From the NCBI GenBank assembly GCA_964496035.1, contig CAZBXI010000002.1:26054-81857 (forward strand): a DNA stretch of 55,804 nucleotides, given 5' to 3'. Positions 1 to 8,702 of this stretch are shown here, in pieces (the first letter of the stretch is position 1; each line of letters begins with the position of its first letter). The notes under the pieces were generated by a model. It saw only the letters and a list, made by a program, of their open reading frames with translations, did not search any database and was not told the DNA's origin. A program made the position numbers and the translations under genes. This stretch comes from an uncultured Desulfurococcales archaeon (GTDB taxonomy: Archaea; Thermoproteota; Thermoprotei_A; EX4484-217-1).

Positions 1-505
1 TTGTATATGGATCATCAACACCCACTATGTAGAAATTATCTTCTACCTCAATATTCTCATTAACCAATACACGTACATTATCAATTGACTCTAAGAGCTT
101 CTTGAATGCTAAAATGTCTTCCCCTAAACTCCAATGATCCCAATTACCCAATACCGCGCATACTTGCGAAATACTCGATAGCTTCTCAACAAAGTTTATA
201 GCTTCATAAAGGAATGCTCTTCTAGAAATCAAATCGCCAGTGTAAGCTATGAGATCGGGGTTTAGCTGCTTTACAGTGTTTAACGCTATATCATATATTG
301 CCCTAAATTTTGAGGAACCAAAATGAGTATCAGATATATGTACTATCCTGTACTTTTCAAGCTTCAGTGGCCGCTTCTTAATATTTAACTCTATTCTCGT
401 TACTGCTACTATAAACTCCGGCTCTATTATGTAAAGGTCAAGTAGCGGTATTGTAATACTTGATGCCAGCAGACCTAATAATATCCTCCTACTAATCTTT
501 ACCAT
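1..505 (-). CDS. metallophosphoesterase (calcineurin-like), N-terminal part; gene runs off the left edge
   Basis: My own minus-strand translation from the ATG at 505 reads MVKISRRILLGLLAS...HISDTHFG...YTGDL...LGNWDHW. These are the D-x-H, GD and GN(H/W)D phosphoesterase motifs. The N-terminus has RR plus a hydrophobic stretch. It is absent from the ORF track because no stop lies inside the window. Confidence 0.7.
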   Translation of the reverse strand, partial: MVKISRRILLGLLASSITIPLLDLYIIEPEFIVAVTRIELNIKKRPLKLEKYRIVHISDTHFGSSKFRAIYDIALNTVKQLNPDLIAYTGDLISRRAFLYEAINFVEKLSSISQVCAVLGNWDHWSLGEDILAFKKLLESIDNVRVLVNENIEVEDNFYIVGVDDPYT

Positions 506-597
506 TGAAACTATACCTTACATAATGTTTAAACTTCAATACACATTTAGGATATTATAGAGAGCAGTCTAAAATTACTTATTATGGTGGACACGCT

Positions 598-1029
598 TTG
601 AAGGTTAAATATAAATTCCTAGATCACCCTTCAGACGCGTATATTGAAGCTTACGGCGATACTTTAGAAGAATTACTGGAAAATTCAGCTCTTGCTCTTT
701 TCGATGTTATGGTTAATGTGAATAAGGTTGAGCCTAAGGTTGTTAGAGAAGTTGAGGTAAAGGGTTTCGATTTGGAAAACCTACTTTATAACTGGCTTGA
801 AGAATGGCTTTTCCACTACTGTTCTGAATCACTTGTTTTCAGCAAGTTTAGAGTTGAAAAATTAAGTAGAGAGAATGAAGAATACGTTGTTAAGGCGAAG
901 GGCTGGGGCGAAGAATTTAACCCTGAAAAACATGAACCTGAAGTAGAAGTTAAAGCCGCAACATATTATCAAATGTCTATAAGTAGGAAGAACAATAAGT
1001 GGGTTGCAAGGTTCATTTTGGACATTTAA
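598..1029 (+). CDS. archease (activator of RtcB-type tRNA ligase)
   Basis: 143 aa with a TTG start. FLDHPSDAYIEAYGDTLEELLENSALALFDVM and the C-terminal VKAATYYQM fit the archease family pattern as I remember it. Confidence 0.8.
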   Translation: MKVKYKFLDHPSDAYIEAYGDTLEELLENSALALFDVMVNVNKVEPKVVREVEVKGFDLENLLYNWLEEWLFHYCSESLVFSKFRVEKLSRENEEYVVKAKGWGEEFNPEKHEPEVEVKAATYYQMSISRKNNKWVARFILDI

Positions 1030-1393
1030 AAATTCCTAATCCGTCATAAAGTACTACGCAATCTTTTAACATAGCCTTAACTATGGGATCGGCTAGTTCA
1101 CTTTCCTCTAAAACTATAAGATCTAAATTAAAACCTCTGGGCTTATGTTTCCTAATGGTTTCTATAAGTTTGAAAGTATTATGTACACGCTTTAGAATAA
1201 TTACTAAGTCATAGTCGCTGTAGGGTAATGCATAGTTCTTAGCTCTACTACCTATGAGAGCAATCGATGATTTAGGGTACTTTGCTATTATCTTCTTTAC
1301 GTATTTTTTAAAGAGCTCATCACTATTCGCAATGTTTTCTCTAACTCTTCTTAGAAGCTTCTTTCTCAACCCACTCGATGATCTTCTTTGCAT
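1013..1393 (-). CDS. minimal nucleotidyltransferase (MNT) of a HEPN-MNT pair
   Basis: 126 aa. GSRAKNYALPYSDYDLVII is the G-S...D-x-D nucleotidyltransferase motif. The gene overlaps the upstream HEPN gene. Confidence 0.75.
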   Translation of the reverse strand: MQRRSSSGLRKKLLRRVRENIANSDELFKKYVKKIIAKYPKSSIALIGSRAKNYALPYSDYDLVIILKRVHNTFKLIETIRKHKPRGFNLDLIVLEESELADPIVKAMLKDCVVLYDGLGIFKCPK

Positions 1394-1727
1394 ATTTTAA
1401 ACACCTTTTAGCTAGTTCTTTACTATACTTCAAATGTTTTCTTCCCGGATATCTTGATAAAGTGTAGTGTGGAGTTAAAGCATCAGCATATACGTACAAT
1501 TTCTTGGGAACTTTTACTCCTGCATCTTCAAGAAACCCTAATAGTTCTACTAAATCATGCGAGAAAGGATACATTCCAGCTAATGCTATAGAAAATGCTT
1601 TAAGATAAAATTCTACGGCTTGATGGGAATCAAAACACGATAGCCAATATACGCCTTCTCTTAAATGTCTTGATGCATCTTTTAAGAAAACTCTTGCTCT
1701 CTCTAACCATTCTCTTGGCAATTCCAT
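1341..1727 (-). CDS. HEPN domain protein (putative toxin of the HEPN-MNT pair)
   Basis: 128 aa, all-helical HEPN pattern (SHQAVEFYLKA, SHDLVELL) with an R-x4-H motif in SRYPGRKH. Confidence 0.8.
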   Translation of the reverse strand: MELPREWLERARVFLKDASRHLREGVYWLSCFDSHQAVEFYLKAFSIALAGMYPFSHDLVELLGFLEDAGVKVPKKLYVYADALTPHYTLSRYPGRKHLKYSKELAKRCLKYAKKIIEWVEKEASKKS

Positions 1728-1847
1728 TAGCTACTTCCTCGAATAGTTAATTTAAGTAATGTAAAATAAATACTTAATGTGTTTTATTTCTGTTTTTGCC
1801 TAAAGGTTTTTAATTATAAGCGAAAATAGTGTGTCTTGAGATAGAGT

Positions 1848-3005
1848 ATGGAAGGTATTGCTGATTTACCATTACATGAAGGACACGTTCCTCTATGGTT
1901 AATTAGGCTAATGAAGCGTATGGCTAGAGCACTAGTTGAGATTATCGTTGAAGAATATGGTCCTGACAAGTTTGTTATTAGACTTTCTAATCCTCTATGG
2001 TTTCAAGCATTTAATAACATTATAGGTATGGACTGGGATAGTAGCGGCTCAACCACGGTTACTCTTGGAATTCTTAAGGAAGTATTGAAAGATGGTCGGT
2101 TAGGCGTTATGGTTTTAGGGGGTAAGGGTAGGAAAGCTAGAAAAGTACCTGAAGAAATAGTTGAGGCTTGCAACAAGCTTAACGTATCATCTTCTATTGA
2201 AAAAGAACTCGTAAAAGCTTCTAAACTTTCAGCTAAAGTTGATAGTGCAATGCTTCAAGATGGCTACACGCTATATCATCATTCAATGATACTCTCAAAT
2301 ACTGGGCTTTGGGCTATAATTCAGCAAGGCATGAATGTTAACATAGGAATGGCTAGAAGATATCACTGGCTTTCCAAGAGCATGCAAAGTTTTGTTAGAA
2401 AACCGCATACTGCAATTGCTGGGAAGAAGAATCCTGCATCGTTGAACCTAATAGATGAAGGTATTGAGAAAACTAGGAAAACAATACTTGACCTAGCCAG
2501 GGAGAATCCTAGAAAATTCATTACACAGTATCTTGAAGCTTTAAGAATAATGAAAAGGCAACATCAGATTACTTCGTGGATTAACGTGTCGGAAGCTTCG
2601 ATATCAATGGTAAGTTTTAAGCCAAGACTAATATACTACGCGCCGCTCACAAGTGCTGAAAGAATAATGAAAGTTCTAGGGAAAGTTTATGAAGCACAGC
2701 CTAGAACTCTAGAAGAGATGCTTATACAGAGGGGTGTAGGACCATCAGTTATTAGAGCTTTAGCCCTGGTCTCTGACTTAATATATAATGAGCCACCATC
2801 ATGGGACGATCCTGTAACCCATCCATACGATCCTTTCAAATACGCTTTCGCCGTTGGAGGTAAAGATGGAATACCTTATCCTGTCAATCGTAGAGTCATG
2901 AGCGAAGTTGTTGAAAACTTAGAGGAAATAGTTTGCAGAGCCAAAATTGGTGATAAGGAGAAATTAAGAGCACTAAGAAGACTAAGGAAGCTAATAGGAG
3001 AGTGA
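1848..3005 (+). CDS. DUF763-family protein
   Basis: 385 aa. The N-terminal LPLHEGHVPLWL...RLSNPLWFQAF...DWDSSGSTT resembles the conserved DUF763 N-terminus (from memory). Function is unknown. Confidence 0.6.
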   Translation: MEGIADLPLHEGHVPLWLIRLMKRMARALVEIIVEEYGPDKFVIRLSNPLWFQAFNNIIGMDWDSSGSTTVTLGILKEVLKDGRLGVMVLGGKGRKARKVPEEIVEACNKLNVSSSIEKELVKASKLSAKVDSAMLQDGYTLYHHSMILSNTGLWAIIQQGMNVNIGMARRYHWLSKSMQSFVRKPHTAIAGKKNPASLNLIDEGIEKTRKTILDLARENPRKFITQYLEALRIMKRQHQITSWINVSEASISMVSFKPRLIYYAPLTSAERIMKVLGKVYEAQPRTLEEMLIQRGVGPSVIRALALVSDLIYNEPPSWDDPVTHPYDPFKYAFAVGGKDGIPYPVNRRVMSEVVENLEEIVCRAKIGDKEKLRALRRLRKLIGE

Positions 3006-3640
3006 AGGTTAGAACCTTGAAAATACTTAGAGAACTAGGATTTAGCTCTACTACTTTCTCGGAAACCATAGTTGTAACTGAGATTTCAAATGGTATATGG
3101 AATTGCGCACCAATGGGTGTAAAGCTAGAAAACAATAACTTATACTTTTACGTATACGAAGGAACGAGAACTCTGGATGCTCTTAGAAGAAACAGGTACT
3201 TAACAATAAACATAGTTTACAACATAAGCGTCTTTATGAAATGTGTGTTCAAAACGTGTTCTAATGAAGGACTCTACGAGCTATCTAATAAATTCCCTAT
3301 ACCCCATATTGTATCAGCTGATGCATACATAGAGTGCAAATTACTGAGCCTAGAAGAAGTAAATGGGAAATTTAAGGCGGTATGTAAACCCATAAATGTC
3401 GTTGTCAAAAGAAGCATTCCAAGAACATTTAATAGAGCTTTTCCCGCAATAATCGAAGCTCTAGTCTACTATACCAAAATTAAACCTTTCAAGAAGCTAA
3501 AGCTAGAAAAAGAACTCAATAAACTTATGGAAAGATTAATGCATTGTAAGTACATTGTAGAACATTCTACATCGAATAGAGAATACCTAGAATACATCGA
3601 GAAAATAATTTCCGAAGCATTAAAGGAGCTGGGTAAGTAA
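3002..3640 (+). CDS. DUF447-family protein (FMN-binding split-barrel-like)
   Basis: 212 aa. SETIVVTEISNGIWNCAPMGV fits the DUF447 N-terminal motif. There is a 4-nt overlap with the upstream gene. Confidence 0.6.
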   Translation: MKVRTLKILRELGFSSTTFSETIVVTEISNGIWNCAPMGVKLENNNLYFYVYEGTRTLDALRRNRYLTINIVYNISVFMKCVFKTCSNEGLYELSNKFPIPHIVSADAYIECKLLSLEEVNGKFKAVCKPINVVVKRSIPRTFNRAFPAIIEALVYYTKIKPFKKLKLEKELNKLMERLMHCKYIVEHSTSNREYLEYIEKIISEALKELGK

Positions 3641-3669
3641 CTAATTTTAGTTAGCAGTGGTGACGACCA

Positions 3670-4380
3670 ATGCGTGTAAAGATAGTGTATGTTTTCCATA
3701 ATTGTTTTGCACTAATGTTTAATGATAAGGTGCTTGTTTTCGATTACCCTGAATTGTTAGATGAAAAAGTGAGAGATTTTGTTAGAAATATTGTGCGCAA
3801 TAAGGAATTATTGGTTATGATATCTCATTCGCATATGGATCATTTTTCCAAAGAATTCTTGAAGTTAAAGAATTATGCTAAAAGGTTTACATGCATCATA
3901 TCTAGGGATGTAGGTGAGGTTTGTAATGATGCAGGAAAGCAGTGTAGGGAAGTTAGTGAAGGTGAGGAACTAAGCTTAGACGGTATTCTAATTAAGGTTT
4001 TAGGAAGTAGTGATTTAGGTGTCTCATATTTTCTGAAAATGAATGATCTTAAGGTATATTTCGCTGGAGATAATTCGGATTGGCGGAGACCATCATTACC
4101 TAAAGAATTTAACAAAATAATATGGCGAACATTTAGTAGAGTAGTTGAAGAATTAAGACGGGATATAAGCAAGCTTGATGTCTTATTTGCTAATTTATGC
4201 GTAGAATGCAATGATTATGGTGGTTTAGGAAAACTTTGTAAAACTTTTAATCCGAAGCTTTTGGTGCCTATGCATTTACGTGGAAATATTGAAGTACTAA
4301 AGCAGTTAAGTAGTTTCCTTAAGCAACTAGCATCCACCGTTTTCTTATATGAAAGAACAGGAGACAATATAGTAATATAA
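3670..4380 (+). CDS. metallo-beta-lactamase-fold hydrolase
   Basis: 236 aa. It carries the H-x-H-x-D-H motif (SHSHMDHF) and a later GD...PMH pattern. Confidence 0.6.
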   Translation: MRVKIVYVFHNCFALMFNDKVLVFDYPELLDEKVRDFVRNIVRNKELLVMISHSHMDHFSKEFLKLKNYAKRFTCIISRDVGEVCNDAGKQCREVSEGEELSLDGILIKVLGSSDLGVSYFLKMNDLKVYFAGDNSDWRRPSLPKEFNKIIWRTFSRVVEELRRDISKLDVLFANLCVECNDYGGLGKLCKTFNPKLLVPMHLRGNIEVLKQLSSFLKQLASTVFLYERTGDNIVI

Positions 4381-4442
4381 TTATGTAGTCTTGAAGGAAA
4401 ACTGTTTAAAGGTCCTCCACGAAGTTTTCCATGTGATATTAA

Positions 4443-5381
4443 ATGTCCATAATATACGATATTGTAACTGCGGCTATTTCTTCTATTCTTCTAGAAGTTA
4501 CAGCTACACCTAAACCCGGGAATGTTCATAGATACCATGATTTCCCAGACACAAAGTATGAACACTTCGTCGTAAGCGCTGCTTCAATGCATAAACCACT
4601 CATGGATCTCGCTAGTAGAACATATCATAAGGTGGCTGAGGGGGAAATAAGCGGGTTAGATGTTGGAAAATTCATTTTCGAATGTGTTAGTTATGCTAAA
4701 AAATGGTATGTTGGTGGAAACACGAACCTAGGTACTTCAACCATATTTTCTATTGAAGTACCTGCACTTGTTTGCGCTAAATCTCTTTCTGAAACCTATG
4801 ATCCTAAGGAAGTTTCCTCATGGGCTATACGGATAGCTGAAAAGACCACTGTTGAAGATGCTATATTCTTTTACAAGGCAATCAGAATGGCTAACCCATC
4901 ATATCTAGGTAGAGTTACTGAAGCACCAATACCGGATGTTTTTGACCCACTTTTTGAAGAGAAGTTGAAGGAGAGTGAGAAGACACTATGGGATGTTTGG
5001 AAACATTCTTCCTCATGGGATATTGTTTCTGAAAACTGTATTTCCGGTCTTAAAATAGTTGTTGAAGGTTTTCACGCTATAGACAAGTACCTATCTATAC
5101 TTAGAAACTGGAACTTAGCTATAATATCAGCATACTTAGAATTGCTTTCTAAATATAGGGATTCCTTAATTCTCAGAAAACATGGAAGAGAAGTGCAGGA
5201 GGAAGTTAGTGAAGAAGCTAAAGAAGTTCTAAATACTCTAATCAGCGACATTAAGGAGGGATTAGTGTTACTAAAGCGATTTGATGAGAAACTATATAGA
5301 AGAAAAATAAATCCAGGAAGTATTGCTGATATAATTGCTGGCTCTATCATGTTAGCCTTATTAAACAATTTAAGACCTTAG
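4443..5381 (+). CDS. triphosphoribosyl-dephospho-CoA synthase (CitG/MdcB) family protein
   Basis: 312 aa. The N-terminal LLEVTATPKPGNVHR matches the CitG-family KPG(L/N)V signature. Confidence 0.65.
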   Translation: MSIIYDIVTAAISSILLEVTATPKPGNVHRYHDFPDTKYEHFVVSAASMHKPLMDLASRTYHKVAEGEISGLDVGKFIFECVSYAKKWYVGGNTNLGTSTIFSIEVPALVCAKSLSETYDPKEVSSWAIRIAEKTTVEDAIFFYKAIRMANPSYLGRVTEAPIPDVFDPLFEEKLKESEKTLWDVWKHSSSWDIVSENCISGLKIVVEGFHAIDKYLSILRNWNLAIISAYLELLSKYRDSLILRKHGREVQEEVSEEAKEVLNTLISDIKEGLVLLKRFDEKLYRRKINPGSIADIIAGSIMLALLNNLRP

Positions 5382-5382
5382 G

Positions 5383-6477
5383 GTGTTTAAAATGAACCAC
5401 ATTAGGGCATTAACATGCTTCTTAAACCCTAAAAAATGGGGTATCAATGAACTTAGAAATTACTTAGAGGAAAGGTTTTCAAGACTTAAGGAGACCTTAG
5501 ATTTATTCTTGGAAAAACATAGTATAAGACTATGGACTTTTAGAATAGCTCTGCCCTACACTCCGCATGATGTAAACCTTGAAGATATTGCTAAACTTGT
5601 CGAAGAACTTGCTGAAATATACAATATAGATTTTATTTCGGCTATACACTTAGGAGAAAAAGACCATAGAATAACTGATCTAGCTGATATTTTAGAGAGT
5701 TACGAAAGAGTATTTGCTAGTATAAAAGTGGATACTGCTAGTGAAGTGCTTAAAGTTTCTAAAATATATAATAGCATTGAGGGATTTGCGGGTGCGAAAA
5801 TAGCCATACATGTAGGACCAGAACTTATTACGCCATATTTTCCCTTAGCCAAAAACGTGCTAGCTACTGAAGGATTATCCTTGACTTCTTTTGTAATTAA
5901 CGAACTTAAAAACGCTATTAAGAAAAGATCGAGATCAGAATTGGTTGAAGTATTTAAGGAAGCTGAGAGTTTTGGTATTGAGTTTTCTAAAGAGGCTAAT
6001 ATAAGCTATTTCGGTGTAGATACATCACCAAGCCCGTGGATGGACCTAAGTGTTGCAGAGGTAATAGAGCTAGCTTCCGGTAGCTGTTTTGGAGAATACG
6101 GTACACACTGGGGTATAAGTAGAATCATGAATTTAATCAAAGAGACCGTAGCTAAAGTTAATATTAGGACTACAGGTTTTAATGAAATAATGTTACCTTT
6201 AGCTGAAGATAACCTGTTAAAAGTTAGGGCTATTGAGGGAAAGTATGGGATAAAGGATCTTTTATCTTATATCTCAGTTTGTGTTTCCGGCTTGGATATG
6301 GTGCCTGTAGCTAAACCTCTAAACTATGAGGTCATTGCCAAGTTAATATTGGATTTGAAGTCGCTGGCTGAAACTAAAGGTAGAAGTCTAGGTTTAAGGC
6401 TTATACCTATTTCAGCAGATCCTGGCTCGATAGTTGAGCTTAAAATGTTTGGTAAAGTTCCAGTATTGAAGCTGTAG
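5383..6477 (+). CDS. conserved hypothetical protein, last gene of the DUF763-CitG operon (possibly DUF711/UPF0210-like)
   Basis: 364 aa ORF placed 2 nt after the previous gene. The IRALTCFL start and GVDTSPSPW loosely recall UPF0210. The family assignment is weak. Confidence 0.45.
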   Translation: MFKMNHIRALTCFLNPKKWGINELRNYLEERFSRLKETLDLFLEKHSIRLWTFRIALPYTPHDVNLEDIAKLVEELAEIYNIDFISAIHLGEKDHRITDLADILESYERVFASIKVDTASEVLKVSKIYNSIEGFAGAKIAIHVGPELITPYFPLAKNVLATEGLSLTSFVINELKNAIKKRSRSELVEVFKEAESFGIEFSKEANISYFGVDTSPSPWMDLSVAEVIELASGSCFGEYGTHWGISRIMNLIKETVAKVNIRTTGFNEIMLPLAEDNLLKVRAIEGKYGIKDLLSYISVCVSGLDMVPVAKPLNYEVIAKLILDLKSLAETKGRSLGLRLIPISADPGSIVELKMFGKVPVLKL

Positions 6478-6537
6478 TTACTTTATAAGGAAAGCTTATG
6501 TACATGTATATGTTTGAAATTTATGTTAGGTCAATAG

Positions 6538-7704
6538 GTGATTTTTATGAACCAAGTAAAGATAATTAATGTTTACAGGAAGTATGGATTGAAAATTGTT
6601 AAAGGGTATATGCAGTATGTTTGGGATGATAAGGGTAATAAGTATCTGGATTGCCATACAAATTATGGTGTTGCCTTCCTGGGGCATTGCAATCCTAAGA
6701 TTGTAAAACCTATAGTTGGACAATTAAATAAGTTAATGATGATACCGTATTCTATAGACAATGATGCTAGAGATAAAGTACTTAAGGATCTAAGCAAAAT
6801 CTTGCCTAAGAAACTTAGTTACGTGTTCTTCCAAAGTACTGGAACAGAGGCTGTTGAAGCTGCTTTGAAATTCTCTAGAAAAGCAACTAAGAAGAAGAAA
6901 ATAATTGCTTTTGAGAACGCATTTCACGGCAGAACAATGGGTTCCCTATCGGTAACATGGAAACCCAAATACAGAGAGCCTTATCAACCGCTAATTCCAG
7001 GGGTGGTTTTTGTCAGGTTCAATGATGTTGAAGACGTAGACAAGGTAGTTGATGAGGAAACAGCAGCTGTAATTGTTGAACCTATACAAGGTGAAGGTGG
7101 TATAAATGTTGCTACAAGAGAATTTCTTAAGGCATTAAGGGAAAGAACGCTGGAGACGGGCACGCTATTAATATTTGACGAAGTTCAGTGCGGTTTCGGA
7201 AGAACCGGAAGAATATGGGCATTCCAGCATTATAACGTTGAACCAGATATCCTAGTAGCAGGTAAAGCGGTTGGAGGAGGATATCCTGTAAGCTTTGTAG
7301 TTACATGTAGTGAAGTAGCAGAGTCTCTTGAAATAGGAGATCATGGAACAACATATGGGGGAAACCCCGTAGCCTGCGTTGCCGTTTCTGCAGCAATTAA
7401 CGTGTTATTAAGCGAAAATGTGCCAGAACAAGCTGCTACCAAAGGAGACTTACTTAGTAAAAAACTTATTGAACTTATTGAAGATATGAAATTGAACTTT
7501 AAGGTTAAAGGACTAGGACTCATGTTAGGCGTTGATTTCGGAAGAAACCCCGAGGAAGAAGCGATTAGGCTTAAAGACTATGGCGTATTAGCTGTTAGAG
7601 CCGGTGAAACCGTTTTAAGATACTTACCACCCTACATGATAAGTAAAGAAGACGTAGAACACATAGTTAATGCTTTAGAGAAATTACTAGTTGAGAAAGT
7701 TTAA
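6538..7704 (+). CDS. class III PLP aminotransferase, acetylornithine/acetyl-lysine aminotransferase type (ArgD/LysJ)
   Basis: 388 aa. Motifs are SGTEAVEAALKFSRK, FHGRT, EPIQGEGG, FDEVQCGFGRTG and the PLP lysine context LVAGKAVGGGYP. Confidence 0.85.
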   Translation: MIFMNQVKIINVYRKYGLKIVKGYMQYVWDDKGNKYLDCHTNYGVAFLGHCNPKIVKPIVGQLNKLMMIPYSIDNDARDKVLKDLSKILPKKLSYVFFQSTGTEAVEAALKFSRKATKKKKIIAFENAFHGRTMGSLSVTWKPKYREPYQPLIPGVVFVRFNDVEDVDKVVDEETAAVIVEPIQGEGGINVATREFLKALRERTLETGTLLIFDEVQCGFGRTGRIWAFQHYNVEPDILVAGKAVGGGYPVSFVVTCSEVAESLEIGDHGTTYGGNPVACVAVSAAINVLLSENVPEQAATKGDLLSKKLIELIEDMKLNFKVKGLGLMLGVDFGRNPEEEAIRLKDYGVLAVRAGETVLRYLPPYMISKEDVEHIVNALEKLLVEKV

Positions 7705-7749
7705 TTATCTTTGTTTCACGTATTTAGATTGATAAAGAGGTAAAGGACC

Positions 7750-8448
7750 GTGAAGAACATGGTGTCAAAAAAGTTATTTATACAACTAACGGTATTTACG
7801 CTAATACTGTTTATAGTGTTCATGGAACCTCTATGTGCTCAGACATATGTAGTAACAGAAACTATTGACGTAAGCTATGATGGCACAGTACATGTTAAGA
7901 TAGAAATAGTAATTACGGAGCCAGGCGTATTTACGATTAATATAACGTTACATGAGGCTCCAGAAGGGTTATTAGTTTACGATGAAAATGGCATGCCCTT
8001 GAATTATGAAATATCAGAGAATAAAATAAGCATATTTGTAGTTAACAATACTAAGGCCTATGTAGAATATTTAACCAGAGCTTTAACAAAGAAAGAAGGT
8101 CCAATTTGGACTATCAGCCTTACTTTTAATGACGGGCCTGTTAACATATTATTTCCGAAAGGAACCTCAATACTAGATATTACAGGTACACCTAAGGCTA
8201 TAAAGGAGGTCGAAGGTAAGAAACTACTGATAACTTTTGAGCCAGGAGAAATATCAGTGGATTACGCTCTACCATTACTAACTGCAACTCCTTTACCCAC
8301 ACCAACGGCAATACCATCGCCTACACCTTCTCCTTCTCCTACAGCAGCTCCTACAACGATGCCTGTACCTTACGAATACTTGCTATGGGCAATAATAATA
8401 GGTGTAGTAGTTATCATTGCTGTAGCTATTCTTAAATTTCGTCGCTAA
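7750..8448 (+). CDS. membrane-anchored extracytoplasmic protein (signal/anchor, beta-rich domain, Pro/Thr linker, C-terminal TM helix); probably the N-terminal part of a longer regulator
   Basis: 232 aa. It has an N-terminal hydrophobic segment, a PT-rich linker (TPLPTPTAIPSPTPSPSPTAAPTT), a TM helix (LLWAIIIGVVVIIAVAIL), then KFRR-stop. Confidence 0.6.
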   Translation: MKNMVSKKLFIQLTVFTLILFIVFMEPLCAQTYVVTETIDVSYDGTVHVKIEIVITEPGVFTINITLHEAPEGLLVYDENGMPLNYEISENKISIFVVNNTKAYVEYLTRALTKKEGPIWTISLTFNDGPVNILFPKGTSILDITGTPKAIKEVEGKKLLITFEPGEISVDYALPLLTATPLPTPTAIPSPTPSPSPTAAPTTMPVPYEYLLWAIIIGVVVIIAVAILKFRR

Positions 8449-8686
8449 AGGAAGAGGAGAAGTTATCCTAGAGGAAGCACCGTTACTCGATAATAAAGAT
8501 AAACAAATACTTGAAATAATACGTAAATTTGGAGGAGAAGTTGCTCAAACAGTCGTAGTTAGGTACACGGGATTACCTAAATCGACGATTTCTCGGAAAA
8601 TAAGAAAACTCGAGAAATTAGGCTATATCAGAGTTATTAGGAGAGGAAGGGTAAACATTTTAAAGATTATCGAGGAAAAGAAGTAA
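8426..8686 (+). pseudogene. start-less winged-HTH reading frame, +1 relative to 7750..8448; frameshift-separated C-terminal domain
   Basis: My own translation gives ...VAKGRGEVILEEAPLLDNKDKQILEIIRKFGGEVAQTVVVRYTGLPKSTISRKIRKLEKLGYIRVIRRGRVNILKIIEEKK-stop. This is a typical MarR/ArsR-like wHTH. The frame is open from 8426 but contains no ATG, GTG or TTG. Confidence 0.55.
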
Positions 8687-8702
8687 GAGTCTACATAGTA
8701 TA

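Noticed and set aside
8281-8370. Low-complexity CCT/ACA/CCA-rich DNA that looks like a tandem repeat.
   Set aside because: It is the in-frame Pro/Thr/Ser linker of the 7750..8448 protein and is not a regular DNA repeat unit.
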